NCBI GenBank assembly: GCA_030605615.1
Contig: JAUWHZ010000024.1
Location: 1,680 to 65,679, forward strand
From: Atribacterota bacterium
GTDB taxonomy: Bacteria > Atribacterota > Phoenicimicrobiia > Phoenicimicrobiales > Phoenicimicrobiaceae
Reading direction: 5' to 3'
Length of the DNA stretch: 64,000 nt
A program made the translations under genes and the position numbers. Under the pieces are notes generated by a model. The model was given only the letters and a program-made list of their open reading frames with translations, was not told the DNA's origin and made no database searches. How positions within the stretch are numbered: position 1 is the stretch's first letter; every line of letters begins with the position of its first letter. Of this stretch, positions 59,301 through 64,000 are shown one piece after another.

Positions 59301-61312
59301 TTGCTTAAAAATATATACTGTATCTTTTCTATATCTCTTCGATAAAATTCGATATATTTTTTTACAATGCTTTCATCCAAACCTAATAATTCAACTATCT
59401 TCATATTTAAATAATTTTCAGCGGGGAACACTGAGGCAGATATATTGTGAGTAAATATTTTTTTTAAGTTATCTATAAATTTAGATTTTTTATCAATTTG
59501 GGATATTAAATCATATACCACCTCTAAAGCAGTAAGCCTAAGATTTTGATTCTCTTTTTTTAACATTTTTATAATATAATCAAATAATTCCTTTACAGAT
59601 TTTTCATCTGAACATATAGATATATGCCTGGCAGTTTTTATTAAACACAATTGAATATCTTCATTAGTATACAGGTCTTTTTTATAGTGTTTCAGAACAA
59701 TTTTTCTATAATTGCTTACCTGATTATTACGACAGTTAGAAAAAAGAGAAGAAATCATGTTTTCCGTGCTATTAATAATTCGAGATTGATGAAGAGCAAG
59801 CTTTTTATGATCTGGCTGTAAAAAATATTTTAAATATCTTTCTAATAAATTAAAACTGGTAATAGTTAGTGCTTTAAGACTAACGTTCCGAGGAATTTCC
59901 TTGCGGTAATCTTCGCCAAAACTTGCGATTAATAAACCGATAAGTTTTGCACTTCTCCTTCTTATTTCATCTTCCGGATGAGTTAATTGTTCATATAAAT
60001 ATCTCAAGGTAATCATCTTTTGTTTTTGAGTCAAGTAGGTGGAATATTCATTAAATATTTGTAAATATTCCCGTAGATTGTTCCAATCTTTTTCACTTCG
60101 GGCCAATTCTAAAAGTGAATTAAGAGAAGATTCATCTCGAAGTTCGTGCATCAAGTTTATATTATGTTCTATAGAAAGAAATTTTATATTTTGGATAACT
60201 TCTTGGCTATGCATTAGAGAATAATAAGGATTTCTATCCTTTTTAGATGGACATATCTCCTCATTTTCTAAATTCACATTTACCCCTAAATTTATCATAT
60301 AATCTTCAAAGTCTTTTAATTTCTCATAAACTCGGCAATATCTTTTTCTTTTTTTCTCATTAATATTATCCAGTTTGTCTAAAATTATTTGAAAAGAATC
60401 TTTTAGACTAAAAATTCTCATCTCCTCTTTAGTGCCATTATTCGCATTTTTAACCCGAAAATCAGAATAAATTAATATAAGTGATTCCAGGGGTAAATTT
60501 TCCAATTCTAAATCCCAAACAGAATGGTTAACCGCAACGTGTCCAATATAAAAGATATTATGTTTTTTAAACCACATATCAGTATAATAATAATGTAAAT
60601 AGGGAGTTCTTTCTGTCTCAACATCTTTGCATCCATATTTTCCAATATCATGTCCTGCTGCTGCTCCCGAAATCCTACCCAAATCAACGGGAAGACCCAG
60701 ATTATATAACTGCCTGCCGATAAACAAAGCAATCCAATTGACACCACATATATGGTCAAGGGTATTGTAGTTTAAAATTTCCTGGCTTAATTTCATCATC
60801 TCATAAATGTATTCATCATTAAATGCTTTCAAAAATCTTTTATGCTCAGCAGGATTTTCTAATTTGTTTTTTTCTTCAGAACTTAAAAAATTAAGAGGGT
60901 ATTTGCTTTGGAAAATAGAATAATCAGATGACTTCTGAAACTCTGAAATCACTCTCAAAAATTCTAAATAGAGCAAGAAAGTCTTTCGGCAATTATCGGA
61001 GATATCCTTAACAGATAGATCTACTGCTTCCGGGAAAGATTTTGATAGTGCAAACTGATACACCTGGTAAAGCCAATTAGCAGGATTATGTTCTTTATCT
61101 AAATCAACAAGCATCTCCTGACATAAAGAATATACTGCTTTACAACTATAATCTTTATTTTCTACTATGGATAATAATCTATTCGAAAATAAAGGGCTTT
61201 CAATATATTTTTTAACAAATTCTTTCTCCAAGGAAATATTATCTAATATCTCTGGATTCAAAATCTTTTTAGATATTTTTTTAGATAATTCTTTAACAAC
61301 AGTTTTATTCAT
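56390..61312 (-). CDS. Giant (1640 aa) multidomain protein: N-terminal HD phosphohydrolase domain, long helical-repeat middle, NadD/cytidylyltransferase-like nucleotidyltransferase domain, an alpha/beta domain, and C-terminal type-I phosphoribosyltransferase-like domain
   Basis: HD residues HICGVNWIALFIGRQL...AAAGHDIGKYG at about aa 190-230. Nucleotidyltransferase region AFFPGAFDPFSLSH...VGSDV...ISSSQIRSNI at about aa 925-1090 (HxGH degenerated to SLSH). PRTase-like PVILIDDYLHKGYRIRTL at about aa 1440. The frame is uninterrupted. Confidence 0.6.
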   Translation of the reverse strand: MNKTVVKELSKKISKKILNPEILDNISLEKEFVKKYIESPLFSNRLLSIVENKDYSCKAVYSLCQEMLVDLDKEHNPANWLYQVYQFALSKSFPEAVDLSVKDISDNCRKTFLLYLEFLRVISEFQKSSDYSIFQSKYPLNFLSSEEKNKLENPAEHKRFLKAFNDEYIYEMMKLSQEILNYNTLDHICGVNWIALFIGRQLYNLGLPVDLGRISGAAAGHDIGKYGCKDVETERTPYLHYYYTDMWFKKHNIFYIGHVAVNHSVWDLELENLPLESLILIYSDFRVKNANNGTKEEMRIFSLKDSFQIILDKLDNINEKKRKRYCRVYEKLKDFEDYMINLGVNVNLENEEICPSKKDRNPYYSLMHSQEVIQNIKFLSIEHNINLMHELRDESSLNSLLELARSEKDWNNLREYLQIFNEYSTYLTQKQKMITLRYLYEQLTHPEDEIRRRSAKLIGLLIASFGEDYRKEIPRNVSLKALTITSFNLLERYLKYFLQPDHKKLALHQSRIINSTENMISSLFSNCRNNQVSNYRKIVLKHYKKDLYTNEDIQLCLIKTARHISICSDEKSVKELFDYIIKMLKKENQNLRLTALEVVYDLISQIDKKSKFIDNLKKIFTHNISASVFPAENYLNMKIVELLGLDESIVKKYIEFYRRDIEKIQYIFLSNLKTSTSGIIKKIQIELLLEHTLKSKQEEIYTALHFCNILKVSGIEDIRNLAGQTLVNLMSCLSFQQRNDIAIELLRALEMEDYQFTKYIPYYLGQLILYLTPNELEELIDDLIEKIKQSDPKLSSLLLRTVGIAIANYPKYRERFSEKEKSYENRLSKMIGILLNGFVHYNLKVKQAAFRVIGREIFGSRHLSLEEKNHIFQLIAKKILTLLAPVNKEGLMFLINCTGLNYMYKFISDYSFFKGSINLETPDKIAFFPGAFDPFSLSHKEIIKAIETLGFEIYLAVDEFSWSKRTQPHLFRKNIINISIADELNVYLYPEDLAVNLANLTDLETLRENFPFSEVYIVVGSDVILNASAYKRNKRKNSIHTFSHIVFDRRNSYTIDEKEKRIQEAIEEIRGETIKLNLTPRYEEISSSQIRSNIDENRDISKLIDPLAQKYIYENSLYQREPQYKSVIQTISIDVQIIENITPDLIEELCQKIFSKYNRNEVSKKLVEFTHKLNPRILLLRDVRHNGMILGFSTFHWVRSNILFQEFKDNLISEYIRENAVGRIIVIDGVFTISDMENRSELENLEQVILTETLSFCIEKDYNYAIFRNTLNNYPLTSLNENLELMGFYRLSFSEKDNPVFVVDISKPCIVNLDTETIIKEPFSRNLNIKKSVITSRKKLLKSLTTFYPGNIVLPFNINLLNQTIVKKVCKINDVPTKPLTLRALGESMCVPFGKILNKMVVPNTVTKSLHTEKIFASDMKSFEIDAFPNYMSLENQVKMIRSFDMPVILIDDYLHKGYRIRTLEPLFKKYDIEIKKIIVGALSGSGKEIATMLNRDIECAYFIPNLRLWFNESELYPFIGGDALRRKIRSQGNLVRSINLILPYTFPSFIKNISGKIIYNFSEVCIKNALTILEALENEYQVIQQRKLTLDHLGEVIIYPRYPDQGEDMDYNLNLSPSHYLRNSLELLRRTKGMVEREQ

Positions 61313-61561
61313 TAGAAGATACCTTACCTTCTTTATACATAAAAAAAATCGATAATTTTGTGGATATAATATCTTTCTAATCCTTATTATAACTGAAAAC
61401 TGCTGAATTTTACAATTAAATCATATTATCTATTATGAATAGATAAAGATGTTTTTGTGGTTTATTGCGGAAGAGCGAAAATAGAAAGGCTTTAAATTTT
61501 AAAAATAATAAGGGGCACGATTAGATTAGATTATGTCGTACCCCTATTGTATTTATTATAT

Positions 61562-62392
61562 TTATTGTATGATAATTATTTTGCCTATTCCACTCTCAAT
61601 ATAGTCTTCTTTATATTCTTCTCTAAATAATTCTCGACAGCGATCTCCCGAACAGTGGGAAGGAGCAACCTTTTGAACACCTATTTCCTTAAATCCTTTT
61701 ATAATATTTCTTAATCCTAAATCAGAAACTCCGGATAAATGAAAACCACCCATAACTAAATAGATATTTTTATCTGGCAATATTTGGTTAGCCCTTTTAG
61801 CAATATTTACCACCCCTGGATGAGCACAGCCAGTAATAATTACTAAGCCTTTCTTAGTATTTAAAACTAAGGACTGTTCTTTTATCCAGGTCCCCATCTC
61901 ACCAGTAGTATATATATTGTCAGAGATTTGCACAGATCCTTTTACATCTTGATATTCTGCTCCATGAGATTTTATCTCTCTTCTTATCGAATTGGGGAAA
62001 GAAGAAGGGATATAAACTTTTACATCTCCATTCTTCGCTAAAAATCCTGCTAGTCCTCCCACATGGTCTCCATGAATATGAGAAATAACCACTATATTTA
62101 TATCTTTAGGATCTATTTTCATCTTTTCCATATTGGAAAGTAAAATAGAACTATTTCCTCCAGTATCAAAAAGAATATTTATGGTAGGTGTCTTGATTAC
62201 ACAACCAAACCCCCAGCTGGTAGTTAAATTAGGATCAACTCGATAATTGTCATAAATTACTATTATGGAAATATTTCCTTCAATGGGAAAAGTTGTTGTT
62301 TCCTCATTTTGGGACTGACAAGAACATTCTATTGACATTGCTATAAGAGCTAATCCAATTAGTAACCAGAAAGAAAGAAAAATCTTATTCAT
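61562..62392 (-). CDS. Secreted MBL-fold metallo-hydrolase
   Basis: Signal peptide followed by HIHGDHVGG (the HxHxDH motif) and downstream His/Asp ligands. Confidence 0.75.
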   Translation of the reverse strand: MNKIFLSFWLLIGLALIAMSIECSCQSQNEETTTFPIEGNISIIVIYDNYRVDPNLTTSWGFGCVIKTPTINILFDTGGNSSILLSNMEKMKIDPKDINIVVISHIHGDHVGGLAGFLAKNGDVKVYIPSSFPNSIRREIKSHGAEYQDVKGSVQISDNIYTTGEMGTWIKEQSLVLNTKKGLVIITGCAHPGVVNIAKRANQILPDKNIYLVMGGFHLSGVSDLGLRNIIKGFKEIGVQKVAPSHCSGDRCRELFREEYKEDYIESGIGKIIIIQ

Positions 62393-62574
62393 ACGTTATA
62401 ACCTTCTTTTTAATAGTTGTAATTCTATTTAATTGCTCATATTTTGATTTAATTTAAACTCTCTACCATAAATCATTTATTGAGCTAGTACATTAACCAT
62501 TATCTATACTTAATTTATGCTCTGCATTAAATTAAAAAACTTAACAAGTTTTGATATAATCCGCCAAAATACAT

Positions 62575-62853
62575 CTAATCGATAACCTTATCAAATTGTT
62601 CCACCGTTATTGCTGGAACACTATTAAATGAAATCCCAGTTAATTTATTCAAGGCTACTGAAGATTTTATCACGTCATCTACACTAGGAAAATTTACAAT
62701 AAAAAGCAAATCATTTTCTCCTAATAGGGCATATTGAGAGACTATTTCTCCACCATTTTTTTCAATAAGGTTATTAGCCTCTACTGTACGTGCAGCACTC
62801 ATTCCCTTTATAGCTTCTGACGAATATTTTCCAAACATTAAAAATGTTGTCAT
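62575..62853 (-). CDS. GYD domain-containing protein
   Basis: 92 aa with MFGKYSSEAIKGM...GENDLLFIVNFPSVDD, the GYD-family pattern. Confidence 0.65.
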   Translation of the reverse strand: MTTFLMFGKYSSEAIKGMSAARTVEANNLIEKNGGEIVSQYALLGENDLLFIVNFPSVDDVIKSSVALNKLTGISFNSVPAITVEQFDKVID

Positions 62854-62955
62854 CGGTATCCCCCCTTTTCAAGAACTCCGCTTATTTAATAAATTTACAA
62901 TTTAAAAATAATAAGCTAAAATCCATAATCTAAGATAACAGAATATTGTACTAGC

Positions 62956-63498
62956 TCAATAAATTTTCAATTTTTCAAACCAAAGAGAAATTTCTCTCTT
63001 CGCCTCCTCAACTGTTTCCGAGGCATGAACCAAATTTTGTAAGGCTCGTCTTTCTTTTGTGGAAAGGTCAGGTGAATCTATCGAAAAATCACCCCGTATC
63101 GATCCTAATTCCGCAAAAAGAGGAACCGTATTCCCCACTATTTTTCTTACAACTTCAATAGCATGATTTCCACTTAGGACAAGGGCAACTACTGGTCCTG
63201 AAGTTAGATGTTGAATCAGCCATTTTCTGACCAGTTTACCAACTTCCAGGGCGTCATCGGTACCTAAATCCTCTGCAATATTTAAATTATATTTTTTATA
63301 GGTATCTACAGCCTTTTTACCCATAGATCTAATCCAGTTTTTATTATCAGGATATTGTTTTTCAACAATTTCAGGAGTAGCATTTACTATTTTCATTTCT
63401 TCCAACCTTAGCCCTACTTTTTCAAACCTCGAAATGATTTCCCCAACCAGGCCTCTTTTAAATGCGTCAGGTTTTATTAAAACCAATGTTCTTTCCAT
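62956..63498 (-). CDS. ndk: Nucleoside diphosphate kinase (long form with about 35-aa insertion)
   Basis: MERTLVLIKPDAFKRGLVGEIISRFEKVGL plus the NDK Kpn loop and active site region (..NLVHASETVEEAKREISLWF..). An extra segment lies at about aa 40-80. Confidence 0.75.
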   Translation of the reverse strand: MERTLVLIKPDAFKRGLVGEIISRFEKVGLRLEEMKIVNATPEIVEKQYPDNKNWIRSMGKKAVDTYKKYNLNIAEDLGTDDALEVGKLVRKWLIQHLTSGPVVALVLSGNHAIEVVRKIVGNTVPLFAELGSIRGDFSIDSPDLSTKERRALQNLVHASETVEEAKREISLWFEKLKIY

Positions 63499-63718
63499 TC
63501 TTCAATTCACCTCTAAATTCTTTTCCTTATTCCTTTCATTATCCAAAAGCTAGCCTATCTAAAAATCAAAAGCTGATTATTTTCTTTTAAAAATTATGTA
63601 TAATTTATAATTCAATAACATCTTTCAAAAATCCTTCTTTTTATATTAAAAAATAAAAAAACCCTTCAGCTTGATTGTCAAAAGGCGGGTTATTTTCTTG
63701 GCTTCCCTCCTTTTAATA

Positions 63719-64000
63719 TCAATAATTCACAAAATATTTAAGGGTGAAGTTAATGAAAGTATGGGTAATGAATGCCGGCCAGAACGATTTTCCCCGATAG
63801 GCAATATATCCGAACCATAATCCCATCGGAATACACATCAGTATTTCTATTTCAGGTTTCCCAATATGAAGAAGCACAAAGGGAACCATCTGTATTAGTA
63901 TGCTTCCTTCTTTAAATCTTTCCTTAAGTCCGAACAGAAGAAAACCGCGAAGTAGAAATTCCCAGGCAAAAAGAAGCGGAACCATTTGAGTAAAGAAATT
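63719..64000 (-). CDS. CPBP-family intramembrane metalloprotease (CAAX protease-like), partial; N-terminus beyond the window end
   Basis: Motif-1-like WEFLLRG, FxxxH (FVLLHIG) and HxxxN (ITHTFINF). The reading frame is open to the window edge. Confidence 0.55.
   Translation of the reverse strand, partial: NFFTQMVPLLFAWEFLLRGFLLFGLKERFKEGSILIQMVPFVLLHIGKPEIEILMCIPMGLWFGYIAYRGKSFWPAFITHTFINFTLKYFVNY

Noticed and set aside
60508-60759. 83-aa minus-strand ORF inside the giant gene
   Set aside because: Same strand but an alternative frame within the uninterrupted 1640-codon ORF. Hydrophobic low-complexity product.

Overview
This AT-rich (about 30% GC) bacterial window is almost entirely minus-strand housekeeping operons in a Firmicutes-like order. 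It starts with a partial dprA and a PASTA protein, then rsmB, a Zn-peptidase, fmt, def, priA, coaBC, rpoZ, gmk, remA and yicC, then divergent rqcH(+) with rluD, lgt, lspA and ileS, which carries an Ile T-box leader. Next come a DUF167/divIVA/yggT/yggS cell-division-associated cluster, phoU and livKHMGF, followed by a five-ORF operon with PDH1/HcnABC-like composition (putative amino-acid dehydrogenase), a shortened yfiH-like ORF and nrdR-nrdD-grx-nrdG. A near-complete dcw cluster follows (mraZ-rsmH-ftsL-ftsI-murE-murF-mraY-ftsW-murG-murC-murB-ftsQ-ftsA-ftsZ) that lacks murD and ddl. The window ends with rnpB (RNase P RNA), a Zn-ribbon protein, a CAU-anticodon tRNA, rlmN and an accessory-looking segment: a two-domain Isf-like flavoprotein, an N-extended LDH/MDH-like dehydrogenase, a 1640-aa HD + NadD-like + PRTase-like multidomain protein, a secreted MBL hydrolase, a GYD protein, a long ndk and a partial CPBP protease. 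Intergenic spacers are unusually large for these operons and are built from several recurring hairpin or inverted-repeat families. The most unusual items are the giant multidomain protein and those repeat families. No classical defence system, CRISPR array or transposase was found.
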